From NCBI GenBank assembly GCA_964658305.1, contig OZ210885.1, positions 23,002,001-23,066,000 of the forward strand: a stretch of DNA of 64,000 nt, written 5' to 3'. Below, piece after piece: positions 48,879 through 62,500 of the stretch. This stretch comes from Leptogorgia sarmentosa (taxonomy: Eukaryota). The notes beneath the pieces are model-generated. The model was not told the origin of the DNA, searched no databases, and saw nothing but the letters and a program-made list of their open reading frames with translations. Position 1 is the first letter of the stretch; every line of letters starts with the position of its first letter. The position numbers and the translations under genes are program-made.

Positions 48879-51280
48879 ATGTCTTCTTCTTCGGCAGTAT
48901 TCCGCACCAGCAAAGAACGCCTTGAGATCGCAATGCAGATGCAGAGAGGTAATGGCCACCCGTTGGGAGAGGAGTTTTGTTTCATTGACGCAGAACACGA
49001 CAAAGTAAAAGGCATGAAGACCATCAACTTGTTTGTTCAACATCCTGTTCTAAAAGAATGCGTAACCATTGCAAGCCTGGACTGTGCGTCAGAATCCACT
49101 GAGACTTTGTGCGAGTTCTGGAGGCAACTAAACAATGTAAGTGATGAACATAACACACTATACGCTATTTTACAGACTAAATATAGCATACTGTTGTAAC
49201 AAACTGATATGAACTGTTCACAGGCTTTGCGGGAATATACCGGGGATATGACGTACATATTTGATCCAGAGGGAATTGTTACTGATGAGCATGGCAGAAA
49301 CCGTGAAAGCATTCGTCGCGAACTTAAACCTGGCATAGTGGAAAGATCGAAGTGCTGCGAGCTACACTTCTATGATTGTGCACACAGAGTGAGTAAAGCT
49401 GATTGGAGTGCGGAGTCTCGAAAGAAATTAATAACTCTAGCACATGGTATATACACAGCCGAGACGCCAGGGACATACAAAGCAAGGCGACATGGTCTTC
49501 TTGAATGGGCAGACAAACCGAAGCGACAACACGTGAAAGCTTGGTTCAATAATTTCTGGCACGTGAGATGGTGAGATGAAATATACAGAGTGTTAACATC
49601 TTTGTTTTCTTACAGTAAATTGTACCGCCAATAAAAAAATTAGATTGACTCTCATGCATGTGAAATTTTTCACACTTGCATGTTGTTTGGCCAATTAATC
49701 AGTTTTGGCCAATTGAGACCTTTTTGCGAACTGTGCAAACAAACATTTTGGCCATTTTGTCCATGCAACAACAATTAGGACACTGGTATTAGTGTAATTG
49801 ACTGAGGTCTTTGGTAATCACCATGAGTTTTACTTTTTGTTTAAACAGATTTCATGTCTTTCGCGTATTCAAGAAATCCACAGCACCCAACACCAATATG
49901 GCTGAGGTAGGTCATTCTCGGAATGCAACCCGGGGTGCTAAGAACGACAGTCTTTCCCGTGTGGCCGAAGACCACATCATTGAAAGTGCTTTGCTGAAGG
50001 CAAAAATTGAAAGGTAAATTAATTTAAAGCAAAGAAAGCTAAGATGCATGTACGGAAATTACATGTATGGACCATTTTGTATTATTTTTTTATATTGGGT
50101 ACACTCTTGACCTCCTATGATTTACTGTTTTAAGTCATGAAAATGGAAGTTACGCTGGAGGTAGGTGTATGGAGCAGAAACGAAAGGATGTCATTTCGTT
50201 GAGGAGGCAGTTGGACAGGGCCAGCAAATTTGCTAAGAATCTCAGAGAAGGTACCGTTGATGTTGATGATTATAATGTTCAACCATGCAGCAAAGAGTCG
50301 TCTAGTCATCGTGCAAGACAAGATGATATTCATATGGAAAGTTCTTCAGACGAGGATGCCCCACCGTCTCATAAGAACACAAAGAAAGCCTTCCGTAAGC
50401 GGTCGACTAGAAGTAAGAAGTTCAACGAATCTTTGAATCTTGCCAAAGTGGCTAAAATCCATTTGGTACAGATCCACGATGTCAATCCAACCAAGAAAAT
50501 ATTTGAAGTAGAACAGCATGGAAAGCTCTGCCTTGTTGAAATTTCAGAGAGTGTCTCGTGTAATTGTTCCTTTGGATCAAAGAAAGACATCTGTCTGCAT
50601 ACCATATGGGTACTGATAAACATCCTGAAAGTTAACGTAAATAACAACCTTTTGCACCAGAAATCACACTCGAAGGAAACTGTTCGTAAGTGGTTTAGAA
50701 CTTTGGTAAAGAGCAGTTCAAATGAAACCAACCCGTCAATGCATACTATGCAACCGTCACATACAATGTCAAGACCACTGGTAACGCGATCACAGCCGCT
50801 TGATTCTATTTCCAATACGAATGTAAATGGCCACAGCTCTTCCGATTCTGCCAGGTGGTATCCCTCTTCCCATACAATTCTGAGACCGCCACAGTCAGCA
50901 CCGTCATGTCATTCGAATGTATTGCAACCTGTGTAAATGCCGTCGTCAAGGGGATCAATGTCTGGTCCCTGTACTCCAACCGTGCCTTCTCCACCTACGA
51001 GACCTGTAAGGGAAGATATTTTCATCCCACGTCCGTCGCCAAAGCCAGGGCAGTACATCGTGACGTCGCTACTATACTGCCACCCCAACGTCAGTACATG
51101 CTTCGGTTGCAGTATTCCGCTGAAGTTTGGAGAACCACCAAACATACCACCACCACCAGAAAATCTTGTAGTGGTGTCCATGATGCCCCATCAATTCACA
51201 ACTGGCGGAGAAACCTGCACGTGAATAGGCAATGTGTATTTTCACGCAAACCAAGGATGCATCAAATGCAGGTTGCCTAA
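48879..51280 (+). pseudogene. Spliced MULE transposase pseudogene with SWIM finger; last exon interrupted by Harbinger, resumes at ~55360-55440
   Basis: CFIDAEH (D), VTDEHG (D), CELH, TNMAEVGH (E), SWIM CNC...CLH, C-terminal CFGC...VYFHANQGC. GT-AG introns 49137-49223 and 49571-49848, and one starting ~50014. Several in-frame stops. Confidence 0.8.
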
Positions 51281-51452
51281 AGCCTGGTTTCCATTAAATT
51301 GTAATTGTTGTAAAAGTCGCAATAGTCGGAGTGCAAAAATCGCAACGATTTGGCGATGTGGATGTTTCCATTAAAATCGCAGAAGCGTAGCCTGACGTGC
51401 CTGCCGTTTACTTTCCTGGGGGGCTTAGCCTGGACGCAGGCTAAAATGCAAA

Positions 51453-53203
51453 ATGGAGTCCGAGCTTGATGATGTATTCATGTTGTGTGGCCAATTTTTG
51501 GGCTTCATTAGCCTTTGGCTCTCGTACCAAAAAATTAGAAAGCGCAAACATAGATTTTGGGTTAGAGATATTTTTACGGAGACAAAACGCAGACGTTATG
51601 GCGACTATTATCATCTCGTTCAGGAGTTGAAATTGGGAGACAGAGAATATTACTTCAAGTATGTATGGTTACTCTCTCCATTGTGTTAATATTACAAAAA
51701 AAATGTCGTGAAGTTGGGATGATCCTGGGAAGCATTGGGTAAACTATGACAGTCAGTGGCCTGGCTACATTGGCTGATGCATTTGGCATCAATGGACGTT
51801 ATATATTATAATTATTATACAATTACAGGTTGTACTATTGCAAACTATATGCTCAAATACACAGAGTATTTCCTATTGTTAAAATGACTAAAATTGGTTT
51901 GATTTATCATGACAACTGAGAAAGAAAACTTTCTACTAAGAAGCAAGGAAAGCACTTAATATACTCTGTTAAAACCAGAATTGAAAAGGTGTTCAACTTC
52001 AACCTGCTCTTTTGCACATACGTAGTATACGGTACCTAATGTGATACCCATTGTGGCTTACAATATGTTGTATATCAACAAAATAGTAAATTTTTTTAAA
52101 TTTAAGTGCTTTTTAGGTACTTAAGAATGTCACCAGAACGTTTTGAACATTTGCTATCACTAGTTGGACCACTCATCAGAAAACCAATCTCACCCCAAGA
52201 GAAACTAATTTTGACACTGAGGTTTTTGGCTACAGGGGATTCTCAACAAAGTCAGTCATTCGCATTTAGACTGGGAAAAGCAACTGTAAGCAATGCCATA
52301 TTTGAAACAACCCAAGCAATTTGGATTGCTTTGAAGGATATTTATTTACAATGTCCATCATCGCAGAATGATTTTACAAAGATTGCAGAGGAATTTGAGA
52401 GGGAATGGAATTTTCCAAATTGCCTTGGGGCTCTGGATGGAAAACATGTACCAATAGAATGTCCCAAAGGAAGTGGATCTGCTTATTTTAACTACAAAAA
52501 ATGCTTTAGTATTGTCATAATGGGAATGTGTAGTGCAAATTATGCATTCACAATGGTGGATATTGGTGGCTATGGAAAGGACAATGATGCTGCTATATTT
52601 GAAGAATCCCAATTTGGACAAGCATTTGCACAAGGAAAAATGCCTATTCCAAATGCTACCACAAGAGGAGGATTTACGATGCCATATGTGATTGTAGGCG
52701 ATAACATCTTCCCATTAAAGTCATGGCTCATAAAACCATATCCCGGAAGCCCCCTATCAATTGAACAAAGAGTATTCAACTACAGACTATCTAGATGTCG
52801 ACGAACCATTGAAAATGCTTTTGGCATATTAGCTGCAAGATGGAGAGTGTACAGAAGGCCAATGAAATGTGGAATAGATCTTGCAACTAATGTTGTAAAA
52901 GCTACCATATGCCTACATAACTACCTAATAATGACAGATAATGCATTCTACACTCCACAAGGTTTTGTGGATTCAGAAAATGACTCTGGTGATATAGTTC
53001 ATGGTAATTGGCGAACAATTGCAGATGATGCAAGTGGCGGCTTAAATCCGCTTCCAAGCATGAGCAGAAACAGGTGTTCCTACAGTGCCACACATGTAAG
53101 AGACACATACTGTTCATACTTTAACTCCGAAGAAGGACAGGTTCCTTGGCAGTTGGCACATGTAACAAACGTAGGACCTTTGCTGCCAGAGCCAGAAGAA
53201 TAG
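51453..53203 (+). CDS. Harbinger (HARBI1-like) transposase, 2 exons (51453-51658, 52117-53203), 430 aa
   Basis: A phase-2 GT-AG intron gives EYYFK-YLRMSPERF. Motifs GALDGKH (D), YFNYK, VGDNIFP (D), RTIENAFG (E), LHNY. No stops. Confidence 0.92.
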
Positions 53204-54152
53204 ATAACAAGTGAATGACTTCTTCAATCTGATTATTAAAGTGCTACTGTTGTAGTTGAGTTCAATTATCAATGATTTATTAATTAGTTTTCAAGGCTAA
53301 AAAAGTGTTCATTAAATAATATCTTGTGTGTATTAAAATCATCATGATATTTATGTTATTGTAAGCTAAACTGTTGTCATAGCAAAAGGTCAAAGTATAC
53401 ATATGCTTTTTGGGTAGTTTGAGGACTGACATTAACATAAGGTTTATTCTGTAACAACACTGGGCCATGCAACTTAGAGGTGTGCATCAGTATTGCTCAG
53501 AAATTAACACCCCAACTGTCCTCTTTCCCTCCTCCTTCCCTTGAAAAACAGAACAGAGACTTGTCATTTTAATTAAGTTTTATAATGTCAAAGAACAAAT
53601 CTTTTTACAGCTCAAAAGCATGTACAAAAAACAAGAACAAAAACATGTAAAGTTTGAGAGAAGCATCACATATTGATTTTGAAATGTGGTTGGCAGCTGT
53701 GATGTTGCTCATTAATATTTTAGAATGATCTACAAGGTATAAAAATTTTGAATGTGTATTTATATTTTAAGTTCATTTTTATGCCAAACATTAGGTTCTG
53801 ACTTTGCCAGCAATTTCAAGATAAAGATTTTCAGTTATGTTGGGGACACACTTTCATGATGTATTGAGCTTCAACAAGATAGCCAACCTGATGATGATTA
53901 TTTATGGTACATAAAACATGTTAATTTCAATGTTTTCCAGTAGCCACACCAGATTTGAAAATAATGTGTAACATTTCTACTGTGGAGGGGAGGGTGGGCT
54001 CTCCAGAGAAATGTCCATGATATGTGATGCTTCCAGGTTCCCCTAACAACTATTCAACAAACATCCATTAAACATGCTTTAATGCCCACCCAGAATGACT
54101 ACAGTTTTTTATAGGTAGGAAATTCGTCAGATCCAACTTGTCGATTAAAAGG

Positions 54153-55037
54153 TTAAAAGTACTGACCAAATTCCCCCTGAGTAAAGGAGGAATTACTTGT
54201 TGAAAAAGGTACACTAAATGTAGAATGAGGCACAGTTGTTGGAAATGTACCAAATTCAAAACCTTGCAGCATTTGTAAAATCTGACATTTTGCTATACCC
54301 TTTCTTTCTTGGGGTATCCGTTTCATTTGGGCTGCTATACTTTTGCAGAATAATAAATCTTTTTCGTCTTGAGATTTTTCACTTAAAGTTTTAACATGTG
54401 AGCTGAAGGACTTTTCAAAGGTACCGATTGTTTTCAAAAATGCATTGTCAACATCACATTTCTTTACCTTTTTTGAGCCCTTCGCCCACGGTCTATTGTT
54501 TTGGCAGCTGTCTTCACCCCTGCCTCTCTTCAATGAGGTCAGTCCTTCGGGTTCGCCCGGCCCCAGTGAGGTTGAAGGCCCCTCAGGTAATGACGACTCA
54601 TCGCCTGGCTCCCCTCCATTGTCGTCCTCGTCGTTGTTCTCCTGTAGCTCGCTACCTGACAACCATGATTCTGTATCCGAAATTGAGCTTGTGTTTGATT
54701 GCAAAGGTGACAAACTTCTTGAGGGTACATTTGTGGCAGTCGGTCGATGCTCGATAAAAGTATCCAGCCACCGAAAACTGTGATAAGGATTATCGCCGCC
54801 ATTCGATGTTCTTCCTGAACCAGACGGTTTCATTTTCTTGCAATTTCGAACGTAATTTGTACGTATATTTTTATACCTTTTGATACAGTCTTCCACTGGC
54901 ATCTTTGCAGCTTCGGCGACTTCATTCCAAGCATTGTTTTTTTTGTGTTTATCTTTAAACTCTTTTGAAAAACGATCATATAATATTGGAAATTTTCTTA
55001 CTATTTCCATAAACACTTCGTTCGTGATAGCAGCCAT
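54153..55037 (-). CDS. Harbinger accessory DNA-binding protein (MADF/Myb-SANT N-term, BESS-like C-term)
   Basis: FMEIVRKFPILYD...KNNAWNEVA...RYKNIRTNYVR...SGSG...FRWL; C-terminal DLLFCKSIAAQMKRIP...KCQILQML. Confidence 0.9.
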   Translation of the reverse strand: MAAITNEVFMEIVRKFPILYDRFSKEFKDKHKKNNAWNEVAEAAKMPVEDCIKRYKNIRTNYVRNCKKMKPSGSGRTSNGGDNPYHSFRWLDTFIEHRPTATNVPSRSLSPLQSNTSSISDTESWLSGSELQENNDEDDNGGEPGDESSLPEGPSTSLGPGEPEGLTSLKRGRGEDSCQNNRPWAKGSKKVKKCDVDNAFLKTIGTFEKSFSSHVKTLSEKSQDEKDLLFCKSIAAQMKRIPQERKGIAKCQILQMLQGFEFGTFPTTVPHSTFSVPFSTSNSSFTQGEFGQYF

Positions 55038-56237
55038 TTTGTTTTGTGAAACACGTGGTTCAAAGATATTACATAATAGATATAAATGTATTTATGACGT
55101 CGTGCTGAAATACGCGGCAAGTTGAATTCTGGTATACTGTGCAAGTTGTAAAAGTCGCATTGGAAGTTTCCATAAAATCGTAAGCGCAAGAGTTGTGGCA
55201 GTCGTTGTCGCTAAAATCGCCAATAGCCTATTCTTGCGACTTTATCGTAAGTGTCGTAATTATTGCCACAACTGACGTTTCCATTGAATCGTTATAGTCT
55301 TGGCGACGTTTGCACTGCGACTTTTACGACAATTACGATTTAATGGAAACCAGGCTTAATTTTTCGAGCAGCCTCGTAACCATTCAGGCGGGATTTCCAC
55401 CATTGAAGCTTGTAGATAAAATCTACCTTTTATCCAACTGAAACTTCTCTATTTAATATTTAAAACTGTTGAACGTGATATCACATAGATACTATATACA
55501 CAGTCTGACACAGAATGTTTAGTTATGTTAACTGTTATGTTTGAACGAGACACAATTCACTGATGCTGTACTTGTTATTATTATTCTGTTACCTAACCTA
55601 ATTATTTGTATAGTCCCACTTACAATTGTGATTTTTACCGCGATTTTTGTCGCAAATTTATTACTTAGAACGATGTTAAATGAGCTGTAACACTGCAGTG
55701 GGCCAACATTTTAATTAATTGAAACTCCGACACTCTGAAACCGTCAAAATTCAAATCATTACACCTAATCTCCTGATATCTGGAGCACTCCCTGACAGTT
55801 TCTAACATGTCACAAAATTAAAACAATGTATGCAGGAAAGATGTGACACAGCTCCCTTCGAAAATAACTGACTGCATTGAAACATCGGCTGAGTCAGCGA
55901 CAACAATCACAGTGAAAATTGCTAGTGTACAGTAAATGGACCATATAATAATTCGTTAGAAAATGTATATGCTGTTCATCTTTCGTTTGTGTTTGCTTGT
56001 GCGAGTTTTCAACGAGGCATATTAACCGAAATTGGAGGTTGGGTGTGGCGTAGAGTATGGTAGGGGCTTAGAACCTGGAATCCACTGGTATTGGACTACT
56101 GTTATGTCACAGTATTTCACATCTGAATGCTCAAAAGAAGCGTTTACACGTTTTTCAAGCTCAAGTCCTGGCTCGAGTCCTAGCTCGATGTATAGTATAT
56201 CTCCTACAAATCAAGCAAATTCAAGGTAGCACAAGTT

Positions 56238-56827
56238 TATAATAATAATAATGATAATAATAATAATAATAATAGTTTATTCACAATTAATCACTATACA
56301 AGGAAAAATACATTACTATACAATACAAACAAATACGTGACAAATTGTGAAAGGAGGTGGAAGAGGTTATCCCTTTCTAGTCCACCTCCGGAACACTAAG
56401 CTAATAAAACATTAACAATGATATCTATAAAACTATGTGCAATATGTATAATTAGCATATTTTAATTAATTTAAAAAACATGTTTCTTTAGATACTTCTT
56501 AAAAGTTCCTAAGTTATCTGCTTCTGCAATATGTTTTGGCAAACTGTTCCACAAGTTTATAATACGTATAAAAAAAGAGTGTTTATAGCTGTTCAATTTG
56601 GCAGGTCTTGTTTTTAGCTTAAAACAATGGTTAGATCTTAATGGCCTAAATTGGTCGGCAAATATGAGAAGTTCTTGGGGATCTAAACCATTCAGCTTAT
56701 TAATCGTCTTATAGCATTCACATAGAGATGAGAAAAGCCTTCTTTTTTCCAATGTTGGCCATTTCAATCTGTTCAACCGTTCATCATATGGCATATCTTT
56801 AGCATCGCTACCAAGTGCAAGTTTATC
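56238..56827 (-). mobile_element. 5'-truncated CR1/L2-group LINE with 3' stem-loop and (ATT)n tail
   Basis: ORF2 C-terminus YDERLNRLKWPTLEKRR...SFFIRIINLWNSLP...FKK; hairpin GGAGGTGGA..TCCACCTCC (56353-56389); microsatellite tail 56238-56274. Confidence 0.85.
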
Positions 56828-59507
56828 ATTGCGTAAATGTAAAACTTACACAGCTGGAGACTTGAAGTCAGAAAGTTCAGTTAATAAGTTAATTAATTTA
56901 GATGAAGGCTTCAGAGTTTTCACGAATTTACGCAGTTCACCTCCATACTTTGAAAGATGCAAGAAAGATTTATTTGGAATGATTCGTCAGCTTGGTAATC
57001 CCACCTGGTTCTGTTCATTCTCAGCTGCTGAAACAAGATGGATTCACTTGATCAAAATTCTTGGCCGTCTTATTGACAATAAAGACTATATGGACGATGA
57101 AATCAAGGAAATGACTTGGCAGAAAAAAGCGGAATTGATACAGAAAAAAGACCCAGTCACATGTGCACAAAATTTTGAACACATGGCACAATTATTTATT
57201 CAAGGCTTTCGCTTAAACATAATACTCTCTTATTGAAACGATCGCCAGCTGAGATTAGAATTAACTGTTACAATCCAAATTTACTCAGAGCTTGGCGAGC
57301 TAACATGGATATTCAATTCGTACTAGACCCCTATGCTTGTGCTGTTTATATCCTTTCCTATATTACTAAAGGTCAAAGAGGAATGAGCAAGTTACTTCGT
57401 AAAGCTTGTGACGAAGCAAAGGAGGGCAATAAAAATATTGTAAACAAAGTAAGACATATTGATAATAAGTTTCTTAATGCTGTTGAAATAAGTGCACAAG
57501 AGGCTGTGTATTTAGTTCTGCAAATGCCTTTGAGAAGATCATCTGGAGAATTCCAATTTATTAATATGTCAGATCCAGATGAAAGAACATTCTTAGTTAA
57601 AGGTATGGATAAACTTAAGGAATTACCAGATCATTCCGTTGATATTGAGTTAGATAATGTTATTAAAAGATATCAGAGAAGACCAAAGCAATTGGAAAAT
57701 TTGTGTTTGGCAGATTTTGTTGCGTGGTTTAATTGTAAAAGTCAGAGTGATCAGGAAAAAACAGCTAAACCAAATGTTGATTCGACAGTTTTATCAGATG
57801 ATTGTCTTTTGGAAATTGATTTCAGTGATAATGTAGATGATGATGTCTCTGAAAATGACGAAACGTTGCACGAAGGTGATGAATATCAAATGAAAGTAGG
57901 AATAATACTCGCGAAAAGGCAAAAACCAAGCATAATACGGTCAGTTAGAACAAAGATCCGGAAAATTATTGGAGAGAACAAATTATGCCTTACACTCCTT
58001 GGAGAAATGAAAAGAAAGATCTTCTCAAGGATTTCCAAACCTACCAGGATCGACTTGAAGATGTTAAAGATCTGATTGAACAAAACAAAAAGCAATACGA
58101 GAATAATTCAGAAGTTCTTTATCAGGCAGTACAAGATATTGAAAGTGAGGATCTTTGTAATATTGTTGCTCCTAACGCACAATATAGAGATGAACAAGAT
58201 AAAAAAATTGGCACCAAAGCAAGTGAATTATTTGGATGTTTTGATCCTGGCAAAAATAAGCAACACACCGACTACGACTTGATAAATGACATTGGTATAT
58301 TCCCACGAACAAATGATAACGAAGAACTAGTTGTAAAATGACTAAAAGATGATGATTTTAGAAAGCTCGTCCGATCACTTAATATTGAGCAAAAGGAATT
58401 TTTTTACCATGTATTGAATTCTGTAAAAACTGGTAAAATGCCATTAAGGTTGTTTTTAAGCGGATGTGCTGGTGTGGGTAAAAGTACAGTTACAAATGCT
58501 TTGTATGAAGCACTTATTAGATATTTAAATGTTCAACTAGAAAATGATCCAGACGATCTCAGTGTTATTAAAGTAGCACCCACAGGAAAAGCTGCGTTTA
58601 ATATAAGAGGAAATACACTTCATTCCGCCTTTAAAATTCCTGCTAACAGAGGATTTAACTATTGCACACTTGGTAGAGACAGATTAAACACTATAAGATC
58701 GCAGTTAGACAGACTGCAAGTTATTTTTATTGACAAGATCTCTATGGTAGGCAGTGGTATGTTTAATTTTCTAGACCAAAGACTACAACAGATTATGGGC
58801 ACAAAAGAGCCATTTACTTCAACTGAAACCTGTATTTGATACTTACTTCGACTTACTTCAACTGAAACCCGTATTTGATAATTTGATATTTGAGAACTCA
58901 AAGGATGGTTATGCAACATTAGCAACAAATCTCTGGCAACAATATTTTCAAATGTTTGAATTAACAGAGGTTATGAGACAAAGAGAAGACAAAGACTTCG
59001 CTGAAATTTTAAATAGAATAAGAGAAGGTAAACATACTGAATCTGACATTGAAGTTTTAAAAGAAAGAATTTTGAAGCTTAGTCCAGAGCATCCTGATTA
59101 TCCAATGACTTCAACCCACTTATTTAGTACTAACATGGCAGTAGATCAACATAATCATAGCATATTTAATAAATCTGTAAACGAGAAGGTTGAGGTTAAA
59201 GCAATTGATATTGTCCTTGGAGATTTATCTGACGACTTAAAGAAAGAGTTAAAAAGCAAATCCCTAATGACCCTTCTAAAACAATGGGCTTGTACTCAGT
59301 TTGTAAAATACTGAAGGAAGCCAAATATGATCTTACGACAAACGTATCAGTTGTAGATGGTATGACTAATGGTGCTGAGTGTATAATTAAAAAAGTTGAT
59401 TACTGAGTACTAGGATCATCAAGACCAAGTATTATCTGGGTTTTATTTCAAGAACAATACATTGGAAACGATTATCGCGGAGAATACTCTCATCTTTATA
59501 ACCAAAG
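56828..59507 (+). mobile_element. Helitron/Helentron Rep-helicase remnant
   Basis: RSSPPYF...MIRQLGNPTWFCSFSAAE (Rep motif 1) and NMDIQF...YILSYITK (catalytic Tyr pair). PIF1 motifs SGCAGVGKS, APTGKAA, TLHSAF, IDKISMV, MRQ. The HUH region is deleted near 57200; many stops and frameshifts. Confidence 0.9.
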
Positions 59508-62500
59508 TGTGTTAACGTATATAGTATATAGTATTGCGGGCGCGGTAGGTCAACATGGCGACGTTATCCTAGCTATATTATAAATATATCCATTTATTAA
59601 CTTGGTGTCAGGAGTGGGATATATTCCAATAATCACCGTGTGGCAACGTAGAAGTTAGAATGTCTTGAATAAAGCGTCCAGAATTAAAATTAACGGGAAA
59701 TATATGTGAAAACTTTAAGAATTTTGAGCTTCGATTTAACGACTTTTGTATACAGTCAGACTATAGAGATTTGAGCAAGGATGAAAACACAGCGGAACAT
59801 TATAAAAAACCTCTCCTAGAAATATCAGCACTTTGTTCGGCAATGCCAGATGAAGCTTTACAGGTAATTCGATATTCAATCGAACCTCAGATCCCTGAAG
59901 GTGATAAGAAGAAACCCTGGGTATGGATGCAGAAGCTACGTACTCATTACACTGGTTCAACTGGAAGCACAGTTATGACAGATAGATTTAAGTTTTGGCA
60001 TTCAGCACAAAATATACATGAGCCAGTTCAAGACTGGGAAGTTAAGGTGCGACAAGCTGGTAATCTTTGTGAATATGGAGCAATCACCGATCAAATGTGT
60101 AGAGAAAGTTTGTGTTTGGCTTATGTGACAGCATTATCCGTACAGAACTTTTAAAAACTCATCTTAAATCAGATGGATCTGAGAAAAGCATGTCAGATGT
60201 TGTAGCTGAGGCAAAAACTTTAGAGTCAGCTCAACGCACGAACCAGTTGATTGTTGACACTTCAAAGAGCACAGAGGAACAAGTCCACTGGACAAGTCTA
60301 AAAAAGAGACACAATGAAATGTGCCTGAAGAGAGAACCAAATACATGCCATTGGTGTGGCAGTTCCCAAGGACCTCACCCCTGAGGATGGCACCAAGGAA
60401 CAGAGGCCGAGTTCAAGGTAGAGGGCGAAATTTCCAACATCGTCAAAATCAACGCAGACCCATACATTCACTGGAAAATACCAACCTTCTACAACAACAA
60501 TGCTTATTACCACCCCAGCAACAAGCAGATGGTCAACATCATGAGTTAGAAACCCAACATGAGTATTATATTGATGATTATCAAATTGATCCAACACCAA
60601 TATACTGTGTAACCCATGAAAAACTCAAGTCGAAGCACACTGGCACAAGGCAAGGAGGCCGGTATTTTGTCACATTGCATACATCGGCAACCGGACATAA
60701 CTTCCGTCATGTTAAATTTCAAATGGATACGGCAGCCACCTGCAATACTATTTCTGAACAAACTGTAAAGCAACTGTACCCGACCCTACGGCCGACAAAA
60801 TCGTCATTTTTGTTGTTTCCTTATGGAGACAGCAAACCAATTAAACCATTGGGACAGGTGGATTTGGTTTGTGAAAGGCAAAATAAATATTATTTGCTCA
60901 CTTTCCAGATACGTCCTGCAGATATTATGGAAAATAAGCCAGCCCTACTCTCAGGGAAGGATTGTGAAAGGATGGGTTTGATCAAAGTGTATGCTGACGA
61001 AGTACACTCTCTACAGCACCAAAACAATCCGTCACAGTCCCAAGCAGTTGAACGACCAACCAAAAAATTTCCCTTTCGAAGCGACCGTTAGAAAAGAGTG
61101 ATATAACAACACATTATGCTGAGAATTTCTCAGGAGTTGGTTGTCTCAAGCCCCCAGTTTCCTTCTTAACTAAGCCCGAAGTTACTCCTGTCCAGATGCC
61201 AATACATCGAGTACCAATAAGTAAGAGAGCTAAAGAAAAGGTTGCCATTGATCAGTATGTCAAAGCAGGAATACTTGTTAAAGTAGATGAACCAACGCCA
61301 TGGTGTTCCAATATTCTCTGTCGTGAATCACCATCGAAATTTCGAGTATGCATAGACCCAAGCCAAACAATCAACAAAACCATCAAACGGCCAATATGTC
61401 AAATGCCCACATTGAACGAACAATTACACAAATTAGAGAAGGCAAAGTGCTTTTCTCTAATTGACGTTAAAGACGGTTTCCTTCATGTACCTCTTGACGA
61501 AAGATCCTCACTAATGACAACCATGCATACATCATATGGAAGATACAGATGGACTCGCCTTCCATTTGGTGTTAATAGCGCTCCAGAAGAGTTCCAAAAT
61601 AGACTGCTGAGCGCTTCGGAAGGACTGGATGGTATTGCTATAATAGCTGATGATATCCTTGTATATGGTACAGGAGATACATATGAGGAAGCAGAAGAAA
61701 ACCACGATGCAAATGTTATTGCACTGATGGAAAGGGCCACTGCAAAAGATCTGAGGTTTGATCCAACAAAGTTTGAGTTCAAGAAGAAGGAGATGAAGTT
61801 TGTTGGACATATCATTACCGCGGACGGCATTAAGGCGGATCCGGAAAAAGTAGATGCAATTATCAATATGAAGGCACCACATGATAAAACAAGCCTTCTC
61901 CGTTTTTATCGGTATGATCAATTACCTTTCGCCTTATTGCGAGAACTTGAGCTCCATAATACGTCCACTGACAGAATTGACAAAAGAGAATATGGTGTTT
62001 ATATGGTCAACAATACAAAGCGATGCATTCAACAAGGCAAAGAATGTAATTGCTACTTCACCAGTACTGCAGTACTTCAGTTTACAGAAGCCAGTGACAT
62101 TGCAAGTTGATGCAAGTGATAACAGTCTTGGGGGAGCACTTCTACAACTGAACGACAAAAACAAACTGCAACCAGTTGCGTTCACATCGTGTACTTTAAC
62201 CTCAACAGAAAAACGCTATTCTCAAATTGAAAAGGAGTGTCTCGCGATCTGTAATGCATTTGCAAAGTTTGATCACTGGCTCTATGGTCATCCATGTATA
62301 GAAGTGCATACCGACCACAAACCCTTAGAAACTATATTTAAAAAATCCCTCAACAAGGCACCAGCGAGGCTACAGCGTATGTTGCCACGGTTACAAAGAT
62401 ACCAATTTAATGTTGTATATAAGAAGGGAACTTCGTTACATATAGCCGATACTCTGTCTAGAGCATCGTTGCCAACACTTTCCACCAATGATATGAGTGG

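Larger units (their letters stand above)
51281..55356 (+). mobile_element. Complete PIF/Harbinger DNA transposon (transposase + MADF/Myb-SANT gene, convergent)
   Basis: TIRs AGCCTGGTTTCCATTAAATTGTAATTGTTGTAAAAGTCGCA / TGCGACTTTTACGACAATTACGATTTAATGGAAACCAGGCT; TSD TAA (51278-51280, 55357-55359); subterminal GTTTCCATT repeats at both ends. Confidence 0.96.

Noticed and set aside
51388..51443. TAGCCTG...CAGGCTA mini Academ-like element inside the Harbinger
   Set aside because: Only 56 bp with 7-bp inverted ends and no TSD; may be chance or a remnant.
47213..55773. GGAGATTA...TAATCTCC as TIRs of the third MULE
   Set aside because: Only 8 bp match and no target-site duplication could be found.
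58813..58880. Short direct duplication in the Helitron helicase
   Set aside because: A local deletion/duplication scar of the DLLQLKPV motif region; decay, not function.
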